63,830 bases of DNA, filler included, from Rozella allomycis CSF55 (GCA_000442015.1; 14 parts of 14 records of this genome joined end to end with filler, not necessarily neighbours in it), one strand, 5' to 3'; numbered from the whole stretch's first letter, positions 13,018-26,734 are shown. Numbers and translations: made by a program. Notes: generated by a model from the letters alone, not told the origin.

Positions 13018-13851
13018 NNNNNNNNNNNNNNNNNNNNNNNNNNNNNNNNNNNNNNNNNNNNTTAATTAATTAANNNNNNNNNNNNNNNNNNNNNNNNNNN
13101 NNNNNNNNNNNNNNNNNTTTACTTATTAAATAAATTCTTTTAACTTTTTAAAAAAAATTGCATAGCCTTTAGAGTACGATTAAGTAACAAAAATAGTTCC
13201 ACAATAGAGTGAGCACCAAAATCACTTTAGAAAAATAAATTGATTTTGATAGTTATTGACTAATGACGCTCCCCTTTAATGTTTTTCATGCGCGTTTTCA
13301 GTTTTGCTTTTCAGTTTGAAGTTCATCTGGAATTTGTGGACATCATGGTTGAAAAACCGTTTCTCTAATACTTGAAAAGAGTCACAAATAATTTGACCAA
13401 ATAAAGTACACTGCAAGTACTTTTTACATTCACACTTTTGATTGATTACATTGCTTTGGACCATGGACATTTCTCTAAAATATCTTAGTGTAAAATAAAA
13501 ATAAAAAGAGAAATTGAAATGATATACGTATGTTATTTTCCATTGGGAGAAGTACTTTACTAAATACTAATTTACAGGCAGAGTGTATCCCAAAGTAGAC
13601 GTGGTAAATGTAATCAATGTCATAAGACTTTAACATAGCTCTCTAAATGCTGAGCGCATTGCTAAATTGATGCGTTAAGAAATTGTTGGCGCTCGCCCTC
13701 TAAATGACTCTTCATGAACTGATGATATTGATATTTTGGACCAGCATAGCAAATATTTCTTCTTACCTAATCTCCTTTTCTATAAACTCTAGTTGTCCAA
13801 ACTTTTTAAAATGAATTTTAAAACTTGGAAAACTCATTACGAAATTTAGCA

Positions 13852-14223
13852 ATGCATTGGCAAGTAGGATCACCAGTTCCTCGTTCAAATATTCGATCGA
13901 TTAAAATTATTTTTGATCCTATAAAAACATGTACAGAAGATCAGATTTTTTATGAAACGATTGAGAATCATTGGTTAAAGCAACATGAGTTTTGGGAAAT
14001 GAATAACACTCGTTTTTTGATGCAGAAGATGCAATTTATGGCTGAAAACAAAATACTTGATGAAAATGATGAATCTCTTCACCAATTTTACCAAAACTAT
14101 ATGAATAGATACAGACCAGAGTTTCTGAATTACCATCGACGATGGATTCTTGACAGCGTGAAATTGTTCAAACCAACCACTATGTTTTTACTTAGAAAGA
14201 TGAAACAGAGATTATTCAAATAA
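13852..14223 (+). CDS. COA8: COA8/APOPT1-like cytochrome c oxidase assembly factor
   Basis: WQVGSPVPRSNIR, HEFWEMNNTRF, FYQNYM..FLNYHRRW match APOPT family motifs. Confidence 0.75.
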   Translation: MHWQVGSPVPRSNIRSIKIIFDPIKTCTEDQIFYETIENHWLKQHEFWEMNNTRFLMQKMQFMAENKILDENDESLHQFYQNYMNRYRPEFLNYHRRWILDSVKLFKPTTMFLLRKMKQRLFK

Positions 14224-14276
14224 ACCAATTAATTGCAAGGTGTAAGGTGTTCTTGAGTTTTTGCAAAAAGAATTTA

Positions 14277-14659
14277 TTAAACCTCGCCGTGCTTCTTTTG
14301 ACTGGCGATGTATTCCGCAAATGATATTTTGCCATCGTTATTTTTGTCATCTTCTTCCAAGACATGGTCTACGGCTTTATCCAGTTCAACTAGGGGCATT
14401 GAAGGAAAGCTTTCGACAAATATAAAACGTAATTCATGCCCATCCAAATATCCATCTCTGTTTACATCTCTGAGGTTGAATAGTGCAGCTAATTCTTCTT
14501 CTTTTTTGAATTTCATGTCATTCTTGTATTTTGCTCTTGCTAACTTTGTCAGGAACCAAAAATGATATTAAGAATATATATTTACTCTCCAGAATGATCG
14601 CCGTAATTACTTTTTGCCAGAACTAATGAGACAAAAAACAATAACAGAAAGAAACCCAT
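14277..14659 (-). CDS. Secreted two-EF-hand protein, MCFD2/Ssp120-like
   Basis: Signal peptide MGFFLLLFFVSLVLA; EF hands DVNRDGYLDGHEL and DKNNDGKISFAEY; one intron required (14557-14585). Confidence 0.8.
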
Positions 14660-14752
14660 CGTTGTGTGGCTGAAGCAGAGCATGATGGGATTGAGACAAT
14701 AAAGGAGTAATATTAAATATTTATTTACAGTTTGACTATTTTCTAATATTTT

Positions 14753-16335
14753 TCAAAAATCTGTTATGTTTTTGTAAAATCTGGGAGGTCTACCTCTTTT
14801 CTTCTCTGGGCAGTTTAACTTTTCTAGTTCATCCGCTTCAATTCTTTTATTCAATCTATCTGTGATGAGATTTAAATGTAGTTTTAAATGTTTTTGTAAA
14901 TGAGACTCTCTAATCCCTTTGCTATTTAAAGATTCAATCAACTCTTTGACCTGTAAGGATTAATTAGATGAAACTTACATTGTCTGGGTGATCATAAAAG
15001 AAAAATTGATCTTCTTTCTGTACAATTAATAAACCAGTAGAATATTCTAAAGGACTGTTGTATTTATCAATGAAAAAATAACTAAAATGATCCCTATCTT
15101 GACCGATTGGTGACAACCTAGAAAAATTATAATCAAATATTTCTTTTTTTAAACTTTCAATCTATTTTTTAGAAAGAATAATTTTTACTTTTCCTTCAAT
15201 AGATTCAGACCCCAGTTCCACTAAAGATTTTTCATTTTGAATTTCAACTTTAACGTTCAAATCTTTAAGATTCAAATTTCTCTTCTTTTGAATTTCTAAT
15301 TCTCTTAATAGTTTTAGATTAACATGAAATTTTTCTTCTTCTTCATCCATGCAATCTCTTATTATGTCAGAATCTGTGGCAAGGTCAATCAAAAGAGAAA
15401 TTAATTCCAATCTTTGATCAACATTTAAATTTNTTTCTGAATTCTTTTCTCTTTACATTACCATTAACAACTAAAATCTCTAAAATGGGCGTGTATGAAA
15501 CGATTGGCAATCTTCTTTGAGCTTCTTGAAGAATCGCCACTAAAATTGTCACCCAATTCCCTTCATCCACTTCTCTTTCATACCATCCTCTTTCTCTCAG
15601 AAAAATATTCTGAGGTCCTCGCTTCTCTTCTTCTATATCCTCCTCTTTTGGCACCAACATTCTAGATTCTAAAACTCCCAATAAAAATCCAGCCCCATAC
15701 ATCTTCCTTTCTTTAATTGCTATATCTATCAAACTTGTAAATATCGATGATAGCAATGAGCATGTTTCGGTGCCTCTTGTCAGCGCATACTCATACTGAG
15801 GTAACGTGAACGGATACAATTTTATTTGCCTTCTTTCATATAATCATTTATTTTATTACGAGAATGTACAAAGAAATACAAACGTGGACAGGAATGCTGA
15901 AATGTCCTTTGTATTAATTGTCCAGTCAGATTTTGGTTGGGGCTTGGCTTTTGCTTCTTCAATCGGAAGCAATGAATCTTCCATGGGATACTTTGGCATA
16001 GAAGTCTTTCTTTCAAATTCATATGCCTTTCAAAAAACAAATTTCTGAATTACTCTTTGCGGTTGCTTAACCACAGGTTTATTGTTGAGTTTCTCCAAGT
16101 TATCAATAAAATTTTGAAGAGATTGTTTTCCAGGATATGAAAGTGACTTTGGCCTTTTATAATTTCAAGATATTCTTACGACAACTGGTTAGACTCTACC
16201 GCATAGATATCTTGATTAATAACAGCACCTTGGGCATTCGTAAACTGAACTAAATAACACAGAAATGATAATGATGGGATTTCTCCTATATACTTATAAT
16301 TGTTATTCAGTTCTTTCCTAGGAAGGACTGATACG
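14753..16335 (-). CDS. Itc1/BAZ1-like ISWI partner (DDT + WHIM domains), 5'-truncated
   Basis: KYPMED, FLCTFS..LYPFTL (DDT), PIGQDRDH..YFF (WHIM2), LNSKGIRESHL (WHIM3), C-terminal AT-hook KRGRPPR. Confidence 0.85.
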
Positions 16336-16435
16336 NNNNNNNNNNNNNNNNNNNNNNNNNNNNNNNNNNNNNNNNNNNNTTAATTAATTAANNNNNNNNN
16401 NNNNNNNNNNNNNNNNNNNNNNNNNNNNNNNNNNN

Positions 16436-17596
16436 GACTATGCTCCATCAGATACTGAATCAGAGGGAGAGCTGCAATCTGAAGTGGACACAGAGGACGA
16501 AGACCAGTCTATTTCTACAAGGCTCCAGCAAAACCAGCAGTATATGGACCAGCAATTGGACGCACCATCTACCTGGATATTGGAACCCCAGACCTGGCAA
16601 ACAACTGAAGGCACAAATGCTGTTTTGATAAGAAAACCGACGGCATCAAAAATGCCACACAGACTCATCAATCCCTACATTTACAGAAATATTCAAAATC
16701 TTGGCACTTTGGATGATTTGGCAGTGCTTTTGGACACCCCAGATGATTGGGAACAGCGATACAACCGAATTGTTACCGATGGACGTATCATCCGAAAGTT
16801 GAATCGTTTCATTTCTTTGCCTGATGACGCACACGAAGCTGATATTCAATTTTCTTTTGCTGGGCTTGTTCAAGTTATCGCCACGTATCTTGATCTTGAC
16901 TTGCAGTCGTCTTCGGAAACCAAAATTATTGTAGGCGGAATCCTAGCTAGATATCAGTACGATCTCCGCAGCAAGACGGACCCTCATTTCTTTGGCATCA
17001 ACGGGAAGAATTTGATAGCTTCCGAGGCCAAGACACATCGCACATTTGCTCCTGGTGAAATGTGGTACCGTTCTTCAAGGGGAATTCAAGTGGTGTCAGC
17101 ACTTTATGCTTTCAATTGTCCGACATTTCTCTTTACGCAAAGGCAATGGAAGCTGTTTGTTGAAAACGTTGATCGCAATGCTATCTTGACATTCCCATAT
17201 GACGACAACCCCGACTATACACATCACATCAACTCTAGTCTGGTTCAGCCGATGGGAAAAACATTTCTGAAAGCTATCGTCCTTTGCTTATTGTCTCGAC
17301 GTGACTCCTTGGATCAAACCATACAAGAACTCACGCTAAAAGAATGTTCCAATGTCATTGATACTCCAAAAGACTCTATCATTAAACCAAAGTACTTTGA
17401 GACATCCGATAAGCCCAAAACACAGTCTGCCCGTTTTCTGGGAGAACCAAAGCCGTCGTATCTATCTGGTTATGATGACAAAGGTCAGCCAATTTATAGT
17501 CTTGTAAGAGTGGTTCCCCAAGAAGTTGTGGCCAGAATCGAAGATGAAATTGCTGTACAGGAAAATAAGGAATATGAATGGCAACCTGTAAAATAA
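16436..17596 (+). CDS. PD-(D/E)xK restriction-endonuclease-fold protein, Crinkler/RHS-effector-like; 5'-truncated, intronless
   Basis: HEADIQ...RSKTDPHF...LIASEAKT...GIQVVSAL gives an E...D...ExK...Q catalytic pattern. Confidence 0.6.
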   Translation, partial: DYAPSDTESEGELQSEVDTEDEDQSISTRLQQNQQYMDQQLDAPSTWILEPQTWQTTEGTNAVLIRKPTASKMPHRLINPYIYRNIQNLGTLDDLAVLLDTPDDWEQRYNRIVTDGRIIRKLNRFISLPDDAHEADIQFSFAGLVQVIATYLDLDLQSSSETKIIVGGILARYQYDLRSKTDPHFFGINGKNLIASEAKTHRTFAPGEMWYRSSRGIQVVSALYAFNCPTFLFTQRQWKLFVENVDRNAILTFPYDDNPDYTHHINSSLVQPMGKTFLKAIVLCLLSRRDSLDQTIQELTLKECSNVIDTPKDSIIKPKYFETSDKPKTQSARFLGEPKPSYLSGYDDKGQPIYSLVRVVPQEVVARIEDEIAVQENKEYEWQPVK

Positions 17597-18040
17597 CTTA
17601 TATTGAATAAAATTGATTCATTTATTGTTACTTTTGTCCACCGTCCACGTGTGCGTTAAAGTCTACTACGACCTAGATTAGTGGAATCGAGATTCATTGC
17701 GAGTTTTACGGGATTTCTCAACAAGATAAGATCAACATCTGCTACTGAATTCTAACCATCCTTTGAAATATCATATCCACCACACCAAGAGAAATTTAAT
17801 GCTGTAGAATTTGAGGAAAAAATCGGCCATACCTCTTTCAATATTTGGCACTTATAATATGATGTCCATTGATTCTCAAAGGCATGTTTTTCTTCCTTCC
17901 GATGATAATAATATGAATATTAGTATATTACGCGTTAAATACAACTCTTTCTCAGTGGTAATCGTATAACTTTAAAAGTCCGAATTCAAAAACTCCAAAA
18001 TAGCCAATTTCCTATAAACTAATATTAAATAATTCCTTTA

Positions 18041-20769
18041 TTAATATGCTGTATTGTTTGATATAATATTCTTTTTCGATAACACATTTGCCAACATCTT
18101 GTAATTGTACGAATGTTTCATTTTTTCGCCAATTTTCTGTGCAAAATATTCAAATCGATAATTTTCTTTATCTAAACGACATGCTAAAATAGCCTTTTCA
18201 ATCATGTCAGCAATGAAGGCGGCAGGAGCAATGTAAACGAGATCAATTAAAGTATCAATGGCCGTAAAGATTAAATGAGGTTTTTCAATGATAAGATCAG
18301 TTAAAAACAATTGAAAAGATTCACCGGTAGACGAAAAGTAGCTTTCTGTGATTAAATTTGAAATTGAGATAGACTTTGGAGAATTCGTTTCATTGTCAAT
18401 TGATGGATTAGTTGGAATCGGACATGGCTTTGGAGCACTTCCATCTTTTGGGGCACAAATATCACATCCATCACACCAAGAGGAAACAAAAAAGTCGACT
18501 AGTTCTGGTTCTTCCAAATAATAATCCAACTTATTTGGATCCACGTATTCTCCGGCCAAAATTTCCTCTTGAGTTTTGTTATACTCNNNNNNNNNNNNNN
18601 NNNNNNNNNNNNNNNNNNNNNNNNNNNNNNNNNNNNNNNNNNNNNNNNNNNNNNNNNNNNNNTCTTTGGCTTTAATTTTTTTCGATACGGTATTCGGAAG
18701 GTTGGTCTTTCTGTTTCATATGATTGATTATGACCCTGGTGCAAGTTTAACTTTTCAAAGCCATCAATTAAGGAATCTTCAACAAAAGATTCATCAACTT
18801 GAAATATTTCTTCAGACTTTTGGAGTGTTTCAGTAAGTATTGATGTTTCTAACTTATTTTGTTTCTTCGATTTCTTTTGTTTCTTTCGTTGATTGGTCTT
18901 TTTGGATTGCTGACTGGTCATTGGCAAAGAGATATCTTCTTCCTTATTTTCATTGGAAACGACCGAATTATCCTTTTCTTTTCTCTTTTTGGACTTTTTC
19001 TTTTTAGTTTTGTTCATTGCCTCTTCTTCTTCCAGAAGCAATTCTTCAATAAGCTTTAATCGCCTAATTTCATCTTCATCATTTTCATTCACGGAAGCAT
19101 TTTCTTTAACCTGACTCTGTTCGATTTTCCTCAACTGTTTCAGTTTACTTTCATGCCATTGTTTAACATCCACGGGTAAAGCGCCAGAAAATATTATTTC
19201 TTGAAGCTGAATGGGCTTTATGCCAAGAAAATTTTCTTTTTCAATAATTTGTGGCCATAGATTAAACAAGTCTTCACATATTTGGAGATTCACAATATTA
19301 ACAAGACATAGATGCATCAAATTCATGCCGTTTGGCCTACTTAAATCGAAAAACTCGCGCTTGATTTCTTCATCGCTCATATTATTTCTATACGTAAAAT
19401 ATAATTGGCGGTGACCATAATAAACAGCGAAATCTAAAACGCTCCACCCATTGTCATCTTTCATGTACGGAAGGAAAACATCATAATCAATTAAGAGCTT
19501 GATCAAATCTTGTTTTCTCTCTTGAATAACCATTTCTCCCACGTTGAATCTCATTACATCTTGAAGGCGTGACAAGTTTATGTTATCACTGTGCAAAGCG
19601 ATCATTTCGGATGCAAAAACGTCGCCTTTACCGATGGCATAGAAAAATGGTGTTCTGTACAACGATGAAAAGTACTTGATCTCCGATTTCCGTTCCTCTG
19701 TCAAGAATTTCACAACATTTTCTTTATTCGCTAATATGGCATACTGTAGGCAATTTATTTCTTCATTTTGACTGAATTGAAGGAATCCTGAAAGAGGATG
19801 ATCCCCTATTAATTCCATTAAAGTAAATGTAACAGAGTTGTTGTCTGGTAAAAGAATTGCAAGCAAATCAATATTTTCATCATCCAGAGCAACCCGAATC
19901 GCACTTTTAAGATTCACTTTAGGGCTACTTATTGAATTAGAACCGACATGTTGTTGTTGAACTAAACTATCAGTCACCCAAATTTTCTTCAATTTCTCAC
20001 CTGAATTTCCTACATAACTTTCAATTTCAGAATAATCGATAAAAGCTTTCAGTGGAACCTTTTGATGTTCGTTATTGACTTTAACTAGACCATTTTTGAA
20101 TAATCTACTTAATAGTTTCATTGATTCAGAATCCCCTTGAGAGGATAAAAAGGAAGCAATAGAGTCTCCATTCGCACAAACGTAACTATCCGCCGAAAAT
20201 ATCCTTTTAGACAACAAAAGTTCAATTATCCCATAATTTTTCATTTTCAACGCGTAATCCAAACAAGTGCTTTGATCAAATGACCTTACATGGAAAATCC
20301 ACCGATCCTTTGGTTCAATTTTCTGAATCAAGTGCACCAATATATCCTTCCTGTTGAACATACAAGCGTAACTAGCAACACTATGATGATGATCTGACAA
20401 TGCAAAAATCCAGTCGTAACGATTCTCCATAATGAATTTGACAGAACCAAGTTTGTCAGCTGCCACAAGAAACATAAAAAGATTGATTATATCAACATCA
20501 ATAGACTTTGTGAAAATGTTATCCTTTAGAATAATTTTTGACATGTCTCGATCAACCAAATTGATTTTTACACAATAATCCCAATCAACTTTTCCAGGAC
20601 TTTTAGACTTGCTTGTTAAAGCACTATAACAATGAGGAGCCTGAATCCTATAAGAATCGATTTGTTTCTGAGTCAACCTTGTCAACAGGCGTCCTAGTCG
20701 CAGATCTTGAACGAGAAATCCATAAATACCAGTGGCAAGGAAAAATAATTCAAAAAATATAGGTCGCAT
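18041..20769 (-). CDS. Signal-peptide, ankyrin-repeat-like protein with Lys-rich tract; spans scaffold gap
   Basis: Hydrophobic N-terminus; TCLDYAL, NCLQYAI, TPFFYAI, WSVLDFAV, MNLMHLC repeats; KTKKKKSKKRK. Whether 18041-18586 is the same gene is uncertain. Confidence 0.65.
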
Positions 20770-20926
20770 GAAAATTCACGTGACTAGAAACGCTTCCAGG
20801 GTCTATACAAACCAGCATATACATGCAATATAGATAATAAGAAATAAAAAGGATTTATTTTAACATAAATATTCCATGACTATAAGCTAAAAACAAGTCA
20901 AATAACAAGGAAAGAAAAAAATAGGT

Positions 20927-20951
20927 TGCGAACATCGTGGATCGAACACGA

Positions 20952-20993
<42 letters not shown>

Positions 20994-20999
20994 GTTCGC
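20927..20999 (-). tRNA. tRNA-Phe (GAA), intronless
   Basis: 73-nt cloverleaf, acceptor GCGAACA/TGTTCGC, anticodon loop CT-GAA-GA, TTCGATC T-loop, downstream T-run. Confidence 0.97.
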
Positions 21000-21099
21000 T
21001 TGTAGCTACAGAAAACACACGTATATATGACTACGAACCTAAACACCAAATCTTTTGAATCTACTTGAGCCGAGAGAAATATTGTGAATATATCATTGA

Positions 21100-24024
21100 C
21101 TAATTGGAAACGTGATCATGAGCACTTTTATGAATTTTTTATTGTTATGATGGTTTGTATACAAGTTGCAATCCGTGGTGTTGGTATCATACAGTATGCG
21201 ATAATGTCAGTGCGGCGCAAATTCATTTTAAATGGACAAGGCAACCATAGCCCTGCACAGGTCGGATCGCAATACCCGCAACCAGAAAGTTTCCAGAAGC
21301 GGTAACTTGCGACACATTCCATTTCATGTCAATTTCCGAAATCCCGGCCTAGGATTTTCCAGATGTTGGATGGATCGCAATTCTCAAATTATCAGATTAT
21401 CCATAACAAATTTAAATAAATTGTATATGAAATAATGTTCTTGTTCTTTGTGCTGCTTTGAGTGCCCGGTTGTGTGGCAGTTTCATTGATGTAAAACACT
21501 AGATTGTATTGTGTGCGGTAATCCATGACGACATTGTTATTGAATTTATTAAGTGTCACGTCCGAACGCGTTCCGGCTGATTTAGATATTCTTCGCCACT
21601 TGTGACCTGAAGCACGAACCAAATTCCTTTCGATATTTTAACGTTATTACAATACATATACGGCAAACGTTGTGGCAGCGGAAACGTGTTCGTATTTGCG
21701 TTGCTATATTTGACAGTATTAAAATAAATAGAGTGCATGTTGGATAACGTTTTCGAATGCGTCGTTGAAAGAGGCGGTTTTGGTAATCTATACGAGGCAA
21801 CACCAAAGTGGTTAGGTACCATTATTCTTACAACCTGAGAATATTTTTCAAAATCATCAACACCCATCTTATTAGTATCCACCGTTGTCACTAGTATGGC
21901 CTTTTGTCTACCAATATGTCCTACTTTATCTGATTTAAGATGACAGATAAGTCGCCTTCCACTAAAGGTGTGGGGCTTTTGCACTATTGGCGCACTTATG
22001 TCCTGTAACTACCAGAGTTATTGCCTACCAGTAAATTCACGGTCATTTCATGAACTTGACATTCCATTGCACTCACACGTTATATGAACCACAAAGTTTT
22101 TACGGTCATAAATACTGAACGTAACGTGGCTTTTGTCTTTTCAAAAATCTGTCTCAAGCAAAGAGTTGAAAATGAGATAAAAACAAAGCTCAAGAGACTT
22201 AACACATAGTATAGGTCAGCCAAGTATATTTATGATTTACAGAACCTAACACAAATTGACGAAAAATAACTGATGACGTGATCGTCTTGTCCGACATCGA
22301 CAGCTTGGAAAAAAAAGACAGGCAATTTAAAATGCACAATAATACATTGGACATCCATACAGCTGAATAGAATAAACATTTGCAAAACATGTTAATTCCA
22401 TTTATTAAAATGGGATAGATGCCGAATGCCTTAAACTGAATTAAAAGAAGAAATATTTGAACTTTCCAAATATAACAATGTCAAATACATCGTGTGAGTG
22501 GAATAAAGTATTTCTGGTTTTTAATTGTTGAAATACAATATGAAGAAAAAATGATATAGATGCAAACGATGGATATTGTTGGCGACATCCAATTAAACGT
22601 TTAAAATATTATGCATCTTATAACACAATTAAGAATGTATATTAAAACATTAACACAGTACAGGTTTTCCCGGATGGTTATTGAGGATCAATATTTAGAT
22701 TATCAGCGTGGACGAATATTCTAAAGCTCAGTCATAAACTCATTATTAATTGCAAGTTTAGTAGCGTTGAATACCTAATGCGTGAGCATTAGACTTGCGG
22801 TTGTTGGAATCAAACATTAGTGATTGCTTTTAGAAATAATTAAAAAGTTTACAAAGACACAAAAAAAGATATCGTAAGAAAACGAATATTCACACTTTAT
22901 TAACATCATATTTATTGTAGAATGATTAATTTGAAACGAGTGAATTAATAACGCACGCCTATCATGACCGTTTCGCAGGTGCAATTTTGCAAGGATGGTG
23001 GTGTGTGACTGCCATAACGCATGCTTGAAACTACTTAGTTTAATAAAAATAACGCCAAATGAAACATGTTCAAAGACAAAGTCATTTATTTAGAATTGGA
23101 TTTCAATTTTGCAATCCCTTTATCTTTAAATATCCGCGATATATCTTGACCGTCCTGACATTGACAAAAATATTCAGATTTTTTCGTAAATTGAAGGTCA
23201 CATTCACAACTCCGGTCTTTAATTAACTCTAATCAGATCATTACGTTCCGTACCAGTAAGATGTTCCGCATCAACATAGCTAAGAAGCTTTTCGTGCATG
23301 TTGTCACGTTTGACTTAAGGATTGTCACTGACAAGAACATTGCAACATGCCTCTAAAACTGCAAATACCTCTTAAATTCGAGATCACCTACAATTGGCCT
23401 CTTCCATACTACGTCATTCATGTTTATACTTGGTCTCCATAAAATTGTATGCGGGACACTCTGTCGTGCCAATATAGTGTTTCTTCTAAATAAATGATAT
23501 TGTTTATTCAAGTGCGATATCAGGTTGCCTTTCAACATTTGCAGCTTGCTAATATATTGCAAAGTCATAAACAGCATGATCTTTAGGCGATATTTTAGTG
23601 GATTCTACAAATATAAAAATATTGAAGTGCCTTAAACGTTTTCGTCAATTTGCAATTTACTTTCATCATCTTTAGCCGCCGTTTCGCTAGTCGCCACATT
23701 TGTTGGTATAGCATTACTGGCATTAAATGTAAGTTTTGTGGTGCCGACACAACTCATTGCTTTCCGTATTTGTTGCCTACTATTCTTAGCGCACTGGTTG
23801 TTGTCGCTCCCTGCGCTACACAAGACAAACATTAATCAAAATCTGAAGTGGTTATCTGTGGATCTGGTTGTTGTTCAGGTGTAACGTTGAATGGTGCTTG
23901 TATTTGAGGCTTGTATATGTTTTTGATTGTGCACAGTATTAATAGCCTCTGTTATCGATGTTACTGCGGATAATTCGAACTTTATTATATGCTATATTTT
24001 GTGACCATGCCTTACATTGGCATG
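21100..24024 (-). pseudogene. Degenerate non-genic / transposon-like region, possible RecQ-like helicase remnant
   Basis: Fragmented ORFs; AILVTTVDTNKMGVD loosely resembles RecQ motif V, and GCGYCDPTC a Zn site. Confidence 0.25.
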
Positions 24025-24124
24025 NNNNNNNNNNNNNNNNNNNNNNNNNNNNNNNNNNNNNNNNNNNNTTAATTAATTAANNNNNNNNNNNNNNNNNNNN
24101 NNNNNNNNNNNNNNNNNNNNNNNN

Positions 24125-25330
24125 ACCATGTCCAATATTTCTTGTATTTCACCTTACTTAGCCATGCAATAAAATGTGAAGGTCAACCCTGTGCAAGGAA
24201 AGTTGGAAATGAATGACGGACGCACTGAAGTGGATAGAGTTGGCGTCACCGAACCAATAGAGATCTTTCATAATGGAAAAGTTGTTAATCATCAATTCGA
24301 AATTCTATACATGGGCTTTGATATTGCTTGTCCCATAAACAATTTCCCCGGCTTGGATTTACATGCCAAACTAGGAATTGTCATAACTGGAATAACATCA
24401 AAATGTGACAATGGAAATGGTAGAAATTTAAATAATCATGTAGAAGCCACCAAGGAGGTATCAAAGGTACCTGAAGAGCTAAACATTCCTATTACAACAA
24501 AGGAATAATACTCCAATAAATGGCCCCTTGACCCATATGATATTCTTAAATTGATTAAATGTCATTACATTTAAATCTACGATTCAATCCTTATTTGACG
24601 GCATCACTTAATTCAAAGAATTCTACACTGGCAGTTACCCTCCAGTACAATATCTAATAAGATTCTTTGACTTCATCGAGGTTGTTGATCAACATACGTA
24701 ATGACAGGATATTGGATCAGTTAAAGAAACATTTCCTTGGAATGATTCTTCATTTCTTTTTCCGAAAACAGATTATGTTAGAAAAGTTAAAAATTAAAGG
24801 TCGATGCATTTCCATTGACCAACGACATTTATAGAATGATAGCATAGCTAACGATATCTATCCATTACCATTAATGAGGGTCATATATGAATCATAAAAG
24901 ATTAATAAACTAGCATTCGACTACATCGCAATAGATTTGACGGAATTCCCAACATCACCCTAGCAAAACAAATATCTATTAGTAGTACTATAAGACGTAA
25001 TAAAGGTGGCGCTTACATACTAAAGGTCAGGATGGATCAATTTATGAGCGTCCACCATCATCTCTAAAGTTATACAATCAAACCCCAGTAGAAGCATCGG
25101 GAGATGTAACAGAGATAGAGCGCATTCACAATAATAAACAGAACAAAAAAACCAAGGAAGATGAATACTTCGTACAATGGAAAGGTTTTCCTTCAACTGA
25201 ACATGAATGGGTTAAAACTAGCGACTTTCAAGATCTTGATATAATACGCAAATATTGGAATGCAGGCAAAAGACAAAGGACGTCTCGTAAAACCAATAAC
25301 ACAATTCACAAGAAGGCTAAATTGTCGACT
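24125..25330 (+). mobile_element. Highly decayed Ty3/Gypsy chromovirus (protease, RT, integrase, chromodomain fragments)
   Basis: In order: GLDLHAKLGI (protease), DIYPLPL (RT), FDYIAIDLTEFP..NKYLLVV (integrase), RRNKGGAYILK, EYFVQWKGFPSTEHEWV..IIRKYW (chromodomain). Many stops and deletions. Confidence 0.8.
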
Positions 25331-25391
25331 AAAGCTGAAGAATTGTCTAATACTCCTGACATTGTTAAAGATACTTCTAACGGTACTCATC

Positions 25392-26173
25392 ACTATCAAT
25401 TGAGAAGTAGACAACAATTAAGGATACAATTACAAAATACATGACCATTATTTATTTTATTTATTATATTTAAGCCTGGCAGATACAATATAATCACTAC
25501 TATAACACATAGTAAAGATAACTTTATTAACAAACATTAATTCTAAAACCGGTCACAATTAAATGTTTATACAATAGAAATAATTATAGAATTAAATAAG
25601 AGTTATTAACAAAAAACATTTATTTAGAAATGGAAGATAGTTGAAGTGGGACGATCAGAAATCCTAAGGAGCCAGGATCAAATTAATTCCATGGTGACTG
25701 TTTTTGAGTCAATGCAATTAAAATCGCTTTGCGGCTCTTTCAAACCATAAGAAGGGATTTTGTTACCAACATTCCCCCTCTCNCTATCAATTGAGAAGTA
25801 GACAACAATTAAGGATACAATTACAAAATACATGACCATTATTTATTTTATTTATTATATTTAAGCCTGGCAGATACAATATAATCACTACTATAACACA
25901 TAGTAAAGATAACTTTATTAACAAACATTAATTCTAAAACCGGTCACAATTAAATGTTTATACAATAGAAATAATTATAGAATTAAATAAGAGTTATTAA
26001 CAAAAAACATTTATTTAGAAATGGAAGATAGTTGAAGTGGGACGATCAGAAATCCTAAGGAGCCAGGATCAAATTAATTCCATGGTGACTGTTTTTGAGT
26101 CAATGCAATTAAAATCGCTTTGCGGCTCTTTCAAACCATAAGAAGGGATTTTGTTACCAACATTCCCCCTCTC
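25392..26173. repeat. ~390-bp tandem duplicate joined by n25783 (assembly overlap)
   Basis: Two copies look identical on either side of a single n. Confidence 0.85.
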
Positions 26174-26651
26174 CCATAAAATTACTCTTTCCAAGCGGAA
26201 AGATACTTTCACCTTAAAACACTATCTGAAAATTTAAGTATAAACTTACTTGTGAAACTTGGAAAATACCCAAATCTCAAGTCAGAAGTTCAGGATGAAA
26301 AAAATTATTAAAAGGGTCTACATCCTTCTGTTCCAGTATTTATACTCTCAAAATTTGTAAATTTCGGAAATCAAATTGGAACTTTGACCTCAATAGAAAA
26401 TTCTGAAAGAATCGAGGAAATTCCGAAGCATTACGGCCAAAGGCTTCAAACAGCAATCCAATTCGATTTCTACACGCCAATCTAACATAGATCGAGTTAA
26501 AACTTAAATAACGCCTCCAGCTATCAGGACGGGGGTGATGTGGTACCAGACATATTAATGACATGATGATATTAGATGAATAAAACATCTGATTTTAATC
26601 ATAAGATGATATTTATTAAAGATCTATAAATAGAATGTGAAGATAAGATAC

Positions 26652-26734
26652 TGTCACGAATTATTTTGAGGGTTTCTATTACCAGGGTCCCGAAACACAA
26701 GTCGTACTAATATTGTGCAAGATCGTCCGTGACA
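26652..26734. mobile_element. 83-bp element with TGTCACG/CGTGACA termini and ATAC direct flanks (mini solo-LTR or MITE)
   Basis: 7-bp inverted ends in TG...CA form; ATAC at 26648-26651 and 26735-26738. Confidence 0.5.

Noticed and set aside
25392-26173. Long direct repeat after the chromodomain as a possible LTR pair
   Set aside because: Adjacent identical copies joined by n; assembly overlap.
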